Assembly (NCBI GenBank): GCA_041746255.1
Contig: JBGTHM010000005.1
Span: forward strand, 79,025-143,024
Origin: Fibrobacteria bacterium
GTDB lineage: Bacteria > Fibrobacterota > Fibrobacteria > UBA11236
Direction of reading: 5' to 3'
Length of the DNA: 64,000 bases
Shown piece by piece: positions 9,595 to 20,111 of this stretch (the first letter of the stretch is position 1; each line of letters opens with the position of its first letter). The notes under the pieces were generated by a model, which did not search any database, was not told the DNA's origin, and saw only the letters and a program-made list of their open reading frames with translations. The translations under genes were made by a program, and so were the position numbers.

Positions 9595-11283
9595 ATGCCC
9601 AACCTTCTGCTTATCACCTCCATCGACGAAGAAGCCGCCATTCTTCAACTCGCCTTGAAAAGCCGCAACTTCTCCGTGAGCCACCTTAATCCGCCGGTAA
9701 CCAGCCCACTCCAATGCCTACTTTTTAAACCCGACATCATTCTGATGGAAATCGGCCAAAGCTACCTGCTTCAATGCAGTATCATCCAAGCCATGTCGAA
9801 CGAAAAGCGGTCGCGTCATATTCCGATTCTCGCGTTTGGGCGGGGAGCAGACAATCCTACCGTCTTTCGTTCCATCACCCAAAGCGGAGCGCGGGAATTT
9901 TTTCCACGTCCCTTGAAGATATCCGATGTGAGTAGGCTGCTCGAAGCGCATCTCCCTAAGCTTAAAGGCGAGGACAAGCCGCTTCCCGTACCGGTAGATC
10001 AAGACCAGGATATGGCCCGAATCCTCGGAGACGATCTCAGTACCGTGCAAAAACTGGACCTGATGGTGAGCCATGTGGGAAAGCTCATGGCCTTCCCATT
10101 TACCGCCGCGGCGGTAACCCGCGTGGCCGACGACCCCATGAGCGGTGCGGCCAAGTTGTCCCAGGTCATCTCCCAGGACCAGGCCATTTCGGCAACCATA
10201 CTCAAAATTTCCAATTCGGTATTCTGTGCCGGTAGGGGCAAGCCCACCACCGACATCCGGGAGGCGGTGGTACGCATCGGATTTTCCGCCACCCGTAATA
10301 TTGCCTTAAGCCTTTCGGTCCTCAACCTGCTTGACGACCGAGGCAAACAGGCGGGATTCGATAGAAGCGACCTTTGGTATCAATCCCTGGCCTGTGGACT
10401 TATCGCGGAAAAATTGGCGCGCAATGTCGGGTATCCGAGCCCTTCCGAAGCGTTCATCGCCGGATTGCTCCATGACTTCGGAGCGCTGTTACTGGACGAA
10501 TTTTTCGGAGACATTTTCACGCAAGTCATGGTGCGCTCGAGCTCGGGACATCCCGCCTTGAATTGCGAAAAGGAGCTGTTAGGATTCGATCACAACGATT
10601 TGGTGGATAAACTATTTGAGCAATGGCGCATTCCCGCGAACCTCGGCTTCGCCATAAAGCACCGCGCCACTTTCCTGGAGGTGGATACCCGCGCCAATCC
10701 ATCCCAGGGACAACTCACCCGGCTCTTGGGAACTTCCTCATTGCTGGCCAAAGCCGCCCATCTCGGCAGGTGCTGCGACGCATTTTTACATCCCGTTCCG
10801 GTGACGGTACTAAAGGAATTGAAAATCGAGCTAGGGCTGCACCGAACCTTCATGAACGACATCTATCCACTCATGGATCAATATTGCAGTTTGCTTAGCA
10901 TGGAAAAACGCATCGCCGCTAAACCTCTGGCCGGACGCGCTGTGCAATTTGGTTTATGCGATTTGGTGAAATCGAGCTTCGAGCCTCATTTATTCTATAT
11001 GCACATGCGCGGTTACGGTGTCACCGAGTTGGGAGCGGCCGAAACCACGGAGGAAAACCTGGACATGCTCGTCCTCAACGTGGATAAGCAGGGAAGCGAC
11101 GACACCTTCCTGAAATTGATGTATTCCGGGGATAATCCTGGGGCCTTCAAACCCTTGCTGGTCTTCGCCGAAGCCAAAGAATACCGCCCCTCCCTGCCCG
11201 AGGGCGCCCGTTTCGAAGTTTTACCTAAAAATATCGATACCCGCACAATCGATGCCGGTATAGAAAAACTTCTGGCCGTCTAG
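9595..11283 (+). CDS. Pseudo-receiver plus HDOD domain signalling protein
   Basis: N-terminal REC-like fold (PDIILME); HDOD motifs DQAISATILKISNS, EAVVRIG, AGLLHDFG. Confidence 0.88.
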   Translation: MPNLLLITSIDEEAAILQLALKSRNFSVSHLNPPVTSPLQCLLFKPDIILMEIGQSYLLQCSIIQAMSNEKRSRHIPILAFGRGADNPTVFRSITQSGAREFFPRPLKISDVSRLLEAHLPKLKGEDKPLPVPVDQDQDMARILGDDLSTVQKLDLMVSHVGKLMAFPFTAAAVTRVADDPMSGAAKLSQVISQDQAISATILKISNSVFCAGRGKPTTDIREAVVRIGFSATRNIALSLSVLNLLDDRGKQAGFDRSDLWYQSLACGLIAEKLARNVGYPSPSEAFIAGLLHDFGALLLDEFFGDIFTQVMVRSSSGHPALNCEKELLGFDHNDLVDKLFEQWRIPANLGFAIKHRATFLEVDTRANPSQGQLTRLLGTSSLLAKAAHLGRCCDAFLHPVPVTVLKELKIELGLHRTFMNDIYPLMDQYCSLLSMEKRIAAKPLAGRAVQFGLCDLVKSSFEPHLFYMHMRGYGVTELGAAETTEENLDMLVLNVDKQGSDDTFLKLMYSGDNPGAFKPLLVFAEAKEYRPSLPEGARFEVLPKNIDTRTIDAGIEKLLAV

Positions 11284-12374
11284 AATTCCGATTTTATGAT
11301 CCTCCGGGAACGGCTTTCCCGGAAAATCGCCCACCCTTGGCAGAGCACAACCAAGCCGATCAGCACCACATCGCCCTGCCATGAGCTGTCGAAAGGCCGT
11401 ACCCCCAACGATACGACCCATAGCGCCAAAATCAGGAGATGGAGAACGTAAACCTGCAGGCTTTTTCTTCCCATGGCGAAGGCTTGTCCCGCTATTCGGG
11501 AATGGAAACGTCTCAAGGCATGGAGTCCCGCATAGAGCAGGCAGCACAACCCGATAATCATAGGCATCAAAGCGGGACGAAGGTTGTAATAGGCGACATT
11601 TTTGGCTGGCCCCCAAAACCCCGCGGGCATCTCGCGGACATAGCCATAGCGCCCCAGAGGTTTCGAAAAAAGCGCTTCGAACGAATGCATCCAAAGGGAG
11701 CCGGCCACCAGGAAAAAACCTGCGATGAGTATCACCCGAGCCGCCTTATCGGGATTTTTACGGGAATGCAAAACTCCCAGGGCGCCCAGCACTGTGAATA
11801 TCAATAGCGGCAGCCAGGGGCTATTTCCGGAAGTGAGCATGAAGATCTCCCGCCGGGTAACATCCAAATAAAGGTACAAGGCCGTTCCGGACATCGCGGT
11901 AATCCACAACGAGATCTGCGGATGGTTGGAACTCACCGGAAGCGAAATCAGAATCAAAGCGAACGCGATGGTAACCAGAATCCCGCTGGATAGGAGCGCA
12001 TCCGGGAGATAAAATCCATGCTCGAGCGCGAAAAAGAGGGACGACAACGCGAACAACCCGGCCGCCCGACGCATCGTTCGTTTTAGCCAATCACCGCGCC
12101 CGGCCGATCCGTGCGCCATCCAGGATCGCGCCAATGCGGCTCCCACCAGCAGAAGAAAGAGGGACGCCGTGAGGGGTTCGATGAGCATGGCCAAATCACT
12201 CCACCATCGACGCGCATCTTTCTCAATCAGCCTGGTTGTATGCGAAGCCATCATCAGAAGAATCGCGACGGTGCGCAGCGCATCCAGGGAGTGATCCCTC
12301 CTTTTTGCGCCTGTCACCGACGACTCCCATTCGCTTCGCGACGCAGTTTTCACAAGGTCGGACGGCTTATCCAT
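11280..12374 (-). CDS. HGSNAT/DUF1624-type membrane acyltransferase
   Basis: RDHSLDALRTVAILLMMASH, multiple TM helices, GRKSLQVYVLH. Confidence 0.8.
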   Translation of the reverse strand: MDKPSDLVKTASRSEWESSVTGAKRRDHSLDALRTVAILLMMASHTTRLIEKDARRWWSDLAMLIEPLTASLFLLLVGAALARSWMAHGSAGRGDWLKRTMRRAAGLFALSSLFFALEHGFYLPDALLSSGILVTIAFALILISLPVSSNHPQISLWITAMSGTALYLYLDVTRREIFMLTSGNSPWLPLLIFTVLGALGVLHSRKNPDKAARVILIAGFFLVAGSLWMHSFEALFSKPLGRYGYVREMPAGFWGPAKNVAYYNLRPALMPMIIGLCCLLYAGLHALRRFHSRIAGQAFAMGRKSLQVYVLHLLILALWVVSLGVRPFDSSWQGDVVLIGLVVLCQGWAIFRESRSRRIIKSEF

Positions 12375-14374
12375 TCAGCGACGGATTTATGGTACTCCTG
12401 GGATCCCGCATAACGGGTGAACCCCCAACGCCGGATACCTGTTTCGACCTGGGGAATCGTAACCGTTTCACCCGCTTGCAATTGTTGCAGGTTTTTTCCG
12501 GGGTTGTGTTTTTGCAACAGCCAAAATGGAATTTGTTGTTCAAACGCCCACATCCACAAATTGAAACCGCGCCCGATAATTTTCGGCTCCAGGCTCGAAA
12601 CATGGTAGTTACCATAAAAATCCTCTTCCACCGCGCGATAGCGTTCCTCGCGTTTTGCAAGAAAGCCTTCTATCCGGGATTCATCCGTGATGGGTAGGCG
12701 AAATGAACGGTTCACGCGAAAGTCGCTGGAATTACGGATGCGGTTGACCCGTCTTAATTCCCGGGTGGGAACGCCCGACCATTCCGCGTAATGGGAAAGG
12801 GTTTCCTCTCCTCCCACTAAGATGATTAGAAAACCATTCTCGTAAGCGTGTTCCAATCGATACACGCCCGGCTCGAAACGATCCACCGGGTGGGCGAGTT
12901 TTTCCATATCGGAACTTAAGAGCAAGAAGTCCGCATCGACTCCTGATCCCTTGGAGAAAGTTTCCGATATATCGGAAACGGAAATCGCAACGGGCAACGG
13001 TTTTGGAATTCCGGCCGCTTCGCCTTCCAGGGTAACGCCGGCTGCGATAATATCCGATTCGGTTGATGGGTGACCGGCGGGCTTCATTACCGTTGTCGCC
13101 ATCGGCAATTCCTTCCCCGGCTTACTTTCCTTTTTTCCGGTCACGGCTACGGTCACTGCTGCCGTTTTCTCAGGAACGTTGTCGACATGATCCCGCAGCG
13201 CCGTTTCGATGCGAGGCGCCGCGGCTTGCTCCGTCTTGGCCAAAACCGTAGCCATCAGGCCTTCGTCCACATCCGCCAAAGCCACTTCCACCGGCAGGCG
13301 GAGGGAGTAACCCTTGGGAATGATACCACTGCGACGGAAGGTCGTAGGGCGCAGCGCCAGGTTGTACTCCTCCAACTCCAACATCGATAAGCCCGTGATC
13401 CGGGATATCTCATCGGGAGAACTTGCTCTGCTCAGCACCGTCTCGTGGAATCGCAGCGGCTCCCATTTTTCCAGACGCGGATATAGCGAGTCGGCCTGCA
13501 TCGCGATGGACGAGGCGGCCAGAAATTCAGCGTAAAAGTTCTTGGAGGCAAATCCGAAAGTCTGCGAAGAATAATTGAGGATGATGGTCTCCAGATTGCG
13601 GGTGCCCGTCTGCCGTATCGCCCGCGACATGCCACCCGCTCCATGGTTGTAGGCCACCAAGGCCAATGGCCATGTCTGCAAGCGCCCAAAATTGGATTTG
13701 AGCAACTTTCCCGCAGCACGGGTAGAGCGATATGGATCGCGCCTTTCATCCACATGGTAGCCTATGGTCAGGTAGGGCTTTCCCGAGGCCTTCATGAATT
13801 GCCACATTCCCGCGGCGCCAACCTTGGAATAGGCATGCGGAAGAAAAGAGGATTCGACATGCGGAAGATACTTCAGCCGGGTAGGGATACCCTCGTGTCT
13901 GAAGGTGGAGTCGATCATGTCAAGATATCGGTATGACCGCTCAATTCCTTCGCGGAACCGGTGTTTGATTCCCCGTTGGAAGCGGATTTTTCCCGCCGCG
14001 TCAATCAGCGCTGCCGAATCCCAGTGTGAGGGTAGACGGGCGCGCAACGCATATTCCTCGGCACTAAGCGATCCGCTTTCCCCGCCGGCCAAGGCTTTTA
14101 GCTGTAACTCCAGCCGGCGCGTCTCGTTCGCGACGATTTCGCGGGCCGCCGGCGAGTTTTGTTTGTCCGCCGCGATGCGGGCATAGACGATACCAAGATC
14201 GTCACGGTGGTGTAATAATCCTTCGTCGTCACCTACGTGATAATAAATATCGAACCAGAAGCTCGCTTGCGTATGAATGTGGGAGCCGGCGGTGAAAATA
14301 TCGTCCGTAAGGATAGGCCGGGAAGCGGAAACCTGGGATGCCAAAAATCCGAAAATGACCAACGCAACTTTCAC
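12350..14374 (-). CDS. MltD-like lytic transglycosylase with LysM-like C-terminal modules
   Basis: LPHVESSF, AAGMWQFM, VDERRDP, AYNHG; signal peptide; C-terminal ETLSHYAEW and HNP repeats. Confidence 0.88.
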   Translation of the reverse strand: MKVALVIFGFLASQVSASRPILTDDIFTAGSHIHTQASFWFDIYYHVGDDEGLLHHRDDLGIVYARIAADKQNSPAAREIVANETRRLELQLKALAGGESGSLSAEEYALRARLPSHWDSAALIDAAGKIRFQRGIKHRFREGIERSYRYLDMIDSTFRHEGIPTRLKYLPHVESSFLPHAYSKVGAAGMWQFMKASGKPYLTIGYHVDERRDPYRSTRAAGKLLKSNFGRLQTWPLALVAYNHGAGGMSRAIRQTGTRNLETIILNYSSQTFGFASKNFYAEFLAASSIAMQADSLYPRLEKWEPLRFHETVLSRASSPDEISRITGLSMLELEEYNLALRPTTFRRSGIIPKGYSLRLPVEVALADVDEGLMATVLAKTEQAAAPRIETALRDHVDNVPEKTAAVTVAVTGKKESKPGKELPMATTVMKPAGHPSTESDIIAAGVTLEGEAAGIPKPLPVAISVSDISETFSKGSGVDADFLLLSSDMEKLAHPVDRFEPGVYRLEHAYENGFLIILVGGEETLSHYAEWSGVPTRELRRVNRIRNSSDFRVNRSFRLPITDESRIEGFLAKREERYRAVEEDFYGNYHVSSLEPKIIGRGFNLWMWAFEQQIPFWLLQKHNPGKNLQQLQAGETVTIPQVETGIRRWGFTRYAGSQEYHKSVAEWISRPTL

Positions 14375-14462
14375 ATGGGCCTCCGGTAAGGATTTCGGAT
14401 CGCAAGGGAGATTGCTCTAAAATAATCCATTGTCTGTGGCGCCGCAAAATTGCAGCGCCACA

Positions 14463-15695
14463 TCAATCATCGGTATCGTCCGGATCGGAGTCGCCATCAT
14501 CGGTGGGTTTGGGTCCTGCCGGCTTGGCGCCACCTTCTTCCCCCTTGCTCATCAAGGAAGGATGAAAATCGATTTTTCGAGCTTCCTTGGTTTCTCCCAA
14601 GTGGAGAATTTCGGCGCAATCGTCGCAATAACCCAATTCCTTATCGATAGTGAATCGAACCGATACGACATTGATGCCGCATTTCGTGCACATCTGGGGC
14701 CTGAGCAGGTTTCTTTTGAAAATATGCTGATGTTCAAGCTCTTTTTCGATCCGCTCCACCAACTCCTCGGGACTTTCGTCGGCAGAATTGCCCCGACGAC
14801 GATTTTGCACGTCAAGGGGTAGATGCGAAGCGGCCACTTTGTTGCCACGACGGACAATGCGCTCGTCTTCTTGGGAGATCTCCCGGAAGAAAGTCTTCAC
14901 CGGCTTTTTCGCTACCTTGGGTGCAGGTTCGGCCACTTCACCCTTGGGTTTAGCATCCGCCTTTCCTTTGGGGGCCGCTTTTTCGGCCTTTTTCGAATCC
15001 TTCCCGGGCATAGTGGCATGGCCATTCAGTTTCTTGTCGGAAGGCGCGGTGGCGATTTCCGTTTTGCCCACGACCTTCGCCGTCGGTAGGGAAGATTTCT
15101 TACCATTGGTTACGCTTGGGGTCGCTTTCGCTACCACGGCTTTAGCGACCGAAGTTTTGGCAATCGCAACCTTGGCCGCTACCTTGGCTTTAGCCGGAGC
15201 GACTTTGAGGGCTATCGGGACGTTTTTTTTCCCGTTAGCCTTAGGCAATGCGGCCTTGACAACTTTGACCTTACCCAAGGTTGTTTTTACCGGCGCTCCC
15301 TTACCTTTTCCGTTTTCCGTGGAGGAAATGGTTTTTTTACGGGATGTCGCGACGGCCTTCAATGGTTTGGCGGCCGATTTACCGGCCTTGGTCGCTTGTT
15401 TTACATTCTTTGCCGCAGCCTTGGATTTAATTGGAGCTTTGGTTTTTTCTTTTCCCTTGAGAGGAAGTTTTTCCTGTTTTTTCAATGGCTGCTTTTTCGG
15501 GGTGATTTTCTGGTTTTTGTTCTTGGTGGCCGTTTTGGATTTGGAAGTTGCTTTGACGGCAACTTTTCCGGCCAATTTAACGGTTTTCTTTTTTACCGGT
15601 GATGATTTTCCAGCTACATTCCCGGCGCGGGCTTGTGGCTTCTTGGCCGGTTTTTTCGGTACTGCTTTTTTGGTTTTCTTTTTCGACAGGGCCAC
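14463..15695 (-). CDS. Histone H1-like Lys/Ala-rich protein with C-terminal C4 zinc finger
   Basis: About 270 aa of K/A/P/T/V-rich sequence; CTKC-x17-CDDC; acidic tail; AGGAGG RBS before GTG. Confidence 0.8.
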   Translation of the reverse strand: MALSKKKTKKAVPKKPAKKPQARAGNVAGKSSPVKKKTVKLAGKVAVKATSKSKTATKNKNQKITPKKQPLKKQEKLPLKGKEKTKAPIKSKAAAKNVKQATKAGKSAAKPLKAVATSRKKTISSTENGKGKGAPVKTTLGKVKVVKAALPKANGKKNVPIALKVAPAKAKVAAKVAIAKTSVAKAVVAKATPSVTNGKKSSLPTAKVVGKTEIATAPSDKKLNGHATMPGKDSKKAEKAAPKGKADAKPKGEVAEPAPKVAKKPVKTFFREISQEDERIVRRGNKVAASHLPLDVQNRRRGNSADESPEELVERIEKELEHQHIFKRNLLRPQMCTKCGINVVSVRFTIDKELGYCDDCAEILHLGETKEARKIDFHPSLMSKGEEGGAKPAGPKPTDDGDSDPDDTDD

Positions 15696-15757
15696 GCCGT
15701 CCCTCCTTTCAAACGGAATTCAGGAAAAAGCTTATTCCGCCCACCTGAAGCCGTGCA

Positions 15758-16306
15758 CTATTTCACTTCTGTGATTTTCACGGATAAAATGGGATCGCCT
15801 CTTTCCAGCCGACTCAGCACGTCGAATCCGGAAACTATTTTGCCGAAAATCGTATGGTTGCCGTCGAGATGCGGCTGGGTCATATGCGTGATGAAAAACT
15901 GCGAACCACCGGTATTCATGCCTGCATTGGCCATGGAAAGCACCCCGGCCACATGTTTCAATTCGTTAGACTCATTTTCAATCGTCCATCCGGGGCCGCC
16001 GGTTCCATCGCCTTTAGGGTCACCACCCTGGGTCATAAAGCCCTGGATGATACGGTGGAAAGACAGGTTGTTATAAAATCCCGAGTCCGCCAAGTGAGCG
16101 AAATTCGCCACGGTATTGGGTGCTTCCTTGAAGAACAGCTCCAGCTTCATCGTCCCTTCGTGGGTCTTGATTTCCGCGAACATTTGCTTGAGGCCCTGGT
16201 AATCCCGGTTAAACTCCCGGCCTTCACTTTCGTAGGCGGAGCCTAGGGTGACTACAAAGAGAGGTAGAGTTATCGCAAGGAGCGAAATACGATTCAATAA
16301 GTGCAT
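15758..16306 (-). CDS. Cyclophilin-type peptidyl-prolyl isomerase
   Basis: [38 protein letters not shown]. Confidence 0.95.
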   Translation of the reverse strand: MHLLNRISLLAITLPLFVVTLGSAYESEGREFNRDYQGLKQMFAEIKTHEGTMKLELFFKEAPNTVANFAHLADSGFYNNLSFHRIIQGFMTQGGDPKGDGTGGPGWTIENESNELKHVAGVLSMANAGMNTGGSQFFITHMTQPHLDGNHTIFGKIVSGFDVLSRLERGDPILSVKITEVK

Positions 16307-16500
16307 AGTACCTAGCCTTGCTGAAAGATGAAGTGACCCGACGCTCGCGACGTCCCGGAACCATTTGGAAACGGAAAAATAACAAATTTAGTAAATTAGG
16401 CGAATCGGGGTCCCGCAGATCGAGGAAAACGACCCTTTTACGCCCAACCCTCAATTTCATACCTTTGGGGGCATTTTCCGCCTCCCCAACATCGAGTCAT

Positions 16501-18306
16501 ATGCGACCTCAAGCTGAAAAAATCCGCAATTTTTGCATTATCGCCCATATCGACCATGGCAAATCCACTTTGGCCGACCGCATGCTGGAGCTGACCGGCA
16601 CTATCATCCGCCAGAAAATGCAGGCACAGGTTTTGGACGATATGGATTTGGAGCGGGAGCGAGGTATTACCATCAAGTCCCATGCCATTCGCATGGAATT
16701 CAATTATTTGGACGAAAAATATTTCCTCAACCTCATCGACACCCCCGGGCATGTCGATTTTACTTATGAAGTGTCGCGTTCCCTCACCGCGTGCGAAGGG
16801 GCGATACTGGTGGTTGACGCCACCCAGGGAATAGAAGCCCAAACCCTCAGCAACCTATATCTGGCGTTGGGAAACGATCTCGTCGTCATCCCCGTTATCA
16901 ATAAAATCGATTTGCCCTCAGCCCATCCGGACGACATCGCCGAGGAATTGGGGGAAATGCTGGGCATCGACCCTAAACGGATTCCGCGTATATCCGCCAA
17001 AGAAGGAATCGGCATCGATGAGGTGCTTAACCGCGTGGTCGAAGATATCCCCCCGCCCAAAGGGGATCGCTCGGCTCCGGCTCGGGCGCTTATTTTCGAC
17101 TCCAAGTTCGACAGTTACCGGGGAGCCATAGCCCTCATCCGGGTATTTGACGGAGTGTTGGAAAAAAAAGCCCCTATCCACCTGATGGCCACCGATAAGG
17201 ACCACGAAATCGCCGAAATCGGAACCCTCTCGATGGAAAGAGAACCGACGGATTCGCTGGCGGCGGGAGAGGTGGGCTACCTCATCGCGAACATCAAAAA
17301 CGTGCGCGACACGAAAATCGGCGACACCATCATAGACAAGCGCCGCCCGGCCACCGAAGCCTTGCAAGGCTATAAAGAAATTCAACCCATGGTGTTCTCG
17401 GGAATTTACCCCGTCAACACCGAGGATTTCGAGAATTTGCGCGAGGCCTTGGAACGGTTGGCCTTGAACGATTCGGCTCTGAGCTGGCAACCGGAAACTT
17501 CACAGGCGCTGGGCTTCGGCTATCGCGTGGGGTTTTTGGGACTGCTGCACATGGAGGTGGTGAGGGAGCGTCTCGATCGCGAATTCGACATGAACGTAAT
17601 CTCCACCGTTCCCAACGTGGAATACCACGTGCAGTTGGGAAACGGAAAAGAGATAGCCATCGAAAATCCGAGTAAACTTCCCGATGCGGGCGCTTACGAA
17701 TATATCGAAGAGCCTTTCGTCAAAGCCCAAATCATAACCCCCAAAGACTTCGTGGGCGGCATCATGAAGCTTTCGGAGGAAAAACGGGGGCTGTTCTCGA
17801 ACATGGAATACGTCACCGCCGAAAAGGTGACCCTTCATTATGAATACCCCTTAGGCGAAGTGATGTTCGATTTTTTCGATAAGCTGAAATCAGTCTCCAA
17901 GGGGTACGCCTCCTTCGACTACGAGCCCCTGGCCTATAGACGCTCCAATCTCGTGAAACTCGATATTTTACTCAACGGGGATCCCGTTGATGCCTTTTCG
18001 GTCATCATCCACCGCGATAAGGCGTTCAATTGGGGTAATGCCCTCTGCAACAAACTGAAGGAACTCATCCCCCAACAAATGTTCGAAGTGGCCATCCAGG
18101 CGGCCATTGGCGGCCGCATCATCGCACGCTCCACCGTCAAAGCCCTCCGCAAAAACGTAACCGCCAAATGTTATGGCGGTGATATTTCGCGCAAGCGTAA
18201 ACTGTTGGAGAAGCAGAAAGAGGGTAAAAAGCGTATGAAGGCGGTGGGTAACGTCGAAATTCCGCAAGAAGCTTTCATGGCCGTTCTCAGCATGGATAAA
18301 GAGTGA
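16501..18306 (+). CDS. lepA: Elongation factor 4 (LepA)
   Basis: [54 protein letters not shown]. Confidence 0.99.
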   Translation: MRPQAEKIRNFCIIAHIDHGKSTLADRMLELTGTIIRQKMQAQVLDDMDLERERGITIKSHAIRMEFNYLDEKYFLNLIDTPGHVDFTYEVSRSLTACEGAILVVDATQGIEAQTLSNLYLALGNDLVVIPVINKIDLPSAHPDDIAEELGEMLGIDPKRIPRISAKEGIGIDEVLNRVVEDIPPPKGDRSAPARALIFDSKFDSYRGAIALIRVFDGVLEKKAPIHLMATDKDHEIAEIGTLSMEREPTDSLAAGEVGYLIANIKNVRDTKIGDTIIDKRRPATEALQGYKEIQPMVFSGIYPVNTEDFENLREALERLALNDSALSWQPETSQALGFGYRVGFLGLLHMEVVRERLDREFDMNVISTVPNVEYHVQLGNGKEIAIENPSKLPDAGAYEYIEEPFVKAQIITPKDFVGGIMKLSEEKRGLFSNMEYVTAEKVTLHYEYPLGEVMFDFFDKLKSVSKGYASFDYEPLAYRRSNLVKLDILLNGDPVDAFSVIIHRDKAFNWGNALCNKLKELIPQQMFEVAIQAAIGGRIIARSTVKALRKNVTAKCYGGDISRKRKLLEKQKEGKKRMKAVGNVEIPQEAFMAVLSMDKE

Positions 18307-18341
18307 TTCTCAAACCTTTTCAGAAGGGCCATCGGCAGTAG

Positions 18342-19973
18342 ATGGAATCCAAAGACGAAAAAGAGGGCATGTCCAGTGATGGCGAAGTAATGCGCCCGCT
18401 CCCCCCCGGCGAAGCTTTGGCGCGCAATCAACTCGACATCATCCTGCGCAACGTGGGTGATGCCATAACGGCGCAAGCTCCCGATGGAAGCCTGGTTTTC
18501 GCCAACGAAGCCGCGGCTCGCATGCTCGGCTATTCCTCTCCCGAAGCCTTGATGGCCGTCCCCATCGCCGAAGTCACCGCGAAATTCGAAATGCTCACCG
18601 AAACGGGCGACCCTATGCCCATCGAATCCCTGCCCGGTAGAAAAGCTTTGCGGGGAGGCCGCTCCGACGGCACCGTCATGCGCTCCCGGAATCGGGATAC
18701 CGGCGCGGAATTCTGGAGCATCGTCAAAGCCTTCCCCGTTTTCGACGAGGAAGGCAAGGTGATCATGGCCATCACCGTGGTACACGACATCACGGCCCTG
18801 CGCCAAAAAGAGGAGCAAGTGAGGCAAATCCAAAAAATGGATGCCCTGGGGCGACTCGCAGGGGGCGTGGCTCATGACTTCAACAACCTTTTAACCGCCA
18901 TCAACGGTTATAGCGATCTCGCCATGTACCATCTCCGGGAGGGACAGGACGATCTTTCCCGGAATATCCAGGAAATTCAGCGCGCGGGAAGACGCGCGGC
19001 GGCGTTGACATCCCAATTGCTCTCGCTGGGGCGCAGGCAGGAGTATTTTCCGGAGCGAGTGGATTTGAACCGTCTCATCCGGGAAATGGCGCCGATGTTG
19101 GCGGGATTGGCGGGCGAAATCATCGATGTGATATATGAATTCGGAGAACCTCCACCTTACATTGAAGCCGATGCGGGTCTGATGGAACAGGTCCTACTCA
19201 ACCTGGCGCTCAATGCGCGCGACGCTATGCCCGAAGGCGGCACCCTCACCATAAAAACCGCCGAGGTTCCGGTATCGAAGGAACTCGGAGAGCCGTTGGG
19301 CCTGACGCCGGGCAGCTATGTCATGCTGCTGGTGACGGATACAGGGGTCGGAATGTCTCCCGAGGTGAAAACTCGGGCCTTCGAACCCTTTTTTTCCTCC
19401 AAGGGAGCGGGCAAGGGCATGGGGCTCGGATTGGCCACCACGTATGGAATTGTCCAACAGACGGGGGGCTGCATCCATGTCGAAAGCGAACCGGGCAAAG
19501 GAGCCGCCTTTAAGATGTTCTTCTTTTCGGCGCCCCCGGCGGCGCTTGCTACCATCAGCGCCAGGAACAACGCGCATTTGGTGGAAAACCGGAAATCCGT
19601 TTTCATCGTCGAAGACGACGATGCTGTCCGCTTGCTCATCGAGGGTGTATTAACCCAGCAAGGCTTCGTATGCCGCAGCGCATCCGATGGGGAAGAATCC
19701 CTGGCAATGCTGGAAGACGCTTCCCAAGCGACGCACCTGCTGATTACCGACCTGGTATTACGGGGGCTGGATGGAAAAACTCTAGCCGACCGTGTCGCAA
19801 CCATCCGGCCCGGCCTCAAAGTCCTTTTCATTTCCGGCTATGCGGATGAAACCCTATCGCGCCTGGGAATTTCAGGGAACGATGTCAATTTTCTCCACAA
19901 ACCATTTACCACCGACCAATTGCAACGCAAGGTGCGGGCCCTACTGAGCGTGCTTCCGCCGAACTCGCGGTAA
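18342..19973 (+). CDS. PAS hybrid histidine kinase (CckA-like)
   Basis: PAS; LAGGVAHDFNNLL; NARDAM; DTGVGM; GMGLGL; REC with ITD. Confidence 0.95.
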   Translation: MESKDEKEGMSSDGEVMRPLPPGEALARNQLDIILRNVGDAITAQAPDGSLVFANEAAARMLGYSSPEALMAVPIAEVTAKFEMLTETGDPMPIESLPGRKALRGGRSDGTVMRSRNRDTGAEFWSIVKAFPVFDEEGKVIMAITVVHDITALRQKEEQVRQIQKMDALGRLAGGVAHDFNNLLTAINGYSDLAMYHLREGQDDLSRNIQEIQRAGRRAAALTSQLLSLGRRQEYFPERVDLNRLIREMAPMLAGLAGEIIDVIYEFGEPPPYIEADAGLMEQVLLNLALNARDAMPEGGTLTIKTAEVPVSKELGEPLGLTPGSYVMLLVTDTGVGMSPEVKTRAFEPFFSSKGAGKGMGLGLATTYGIVQQTGGCIHVESEPGKGAAFKMFFFSAPPAALATISARNNAHLVENRKSVFIVEDDDAVRLLIEGVLTQQGFVCRSASDGEESLAMLEDASQATHLLITDLVLRGLDGKTLADRVATIRPGLKVLFISGYADETLSRLGISGNDVNFLHKPFTTDQLQRKVRALLSVLPPNSR

Positions 19974-20111
19974 AATACCCCTTTCAAGGGTGTTCGATAC
20001 TCACAAATGGCATATCCGCCGTAAAAATAAATTAGTTTTATCCCGAAAGCCGTTTCTTCCTATTCGCCCAGTCTCACTGGCGAGAGGGAATTTTTACACC
20101 ATCGGGACGGA

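Noticed and set aside
14788..15774. 328-aa hydrophobic plus-strand ORF
   Set aside because: Antisense shadow of the Lys/Ala-rich gene (AAA codons read as TTT).
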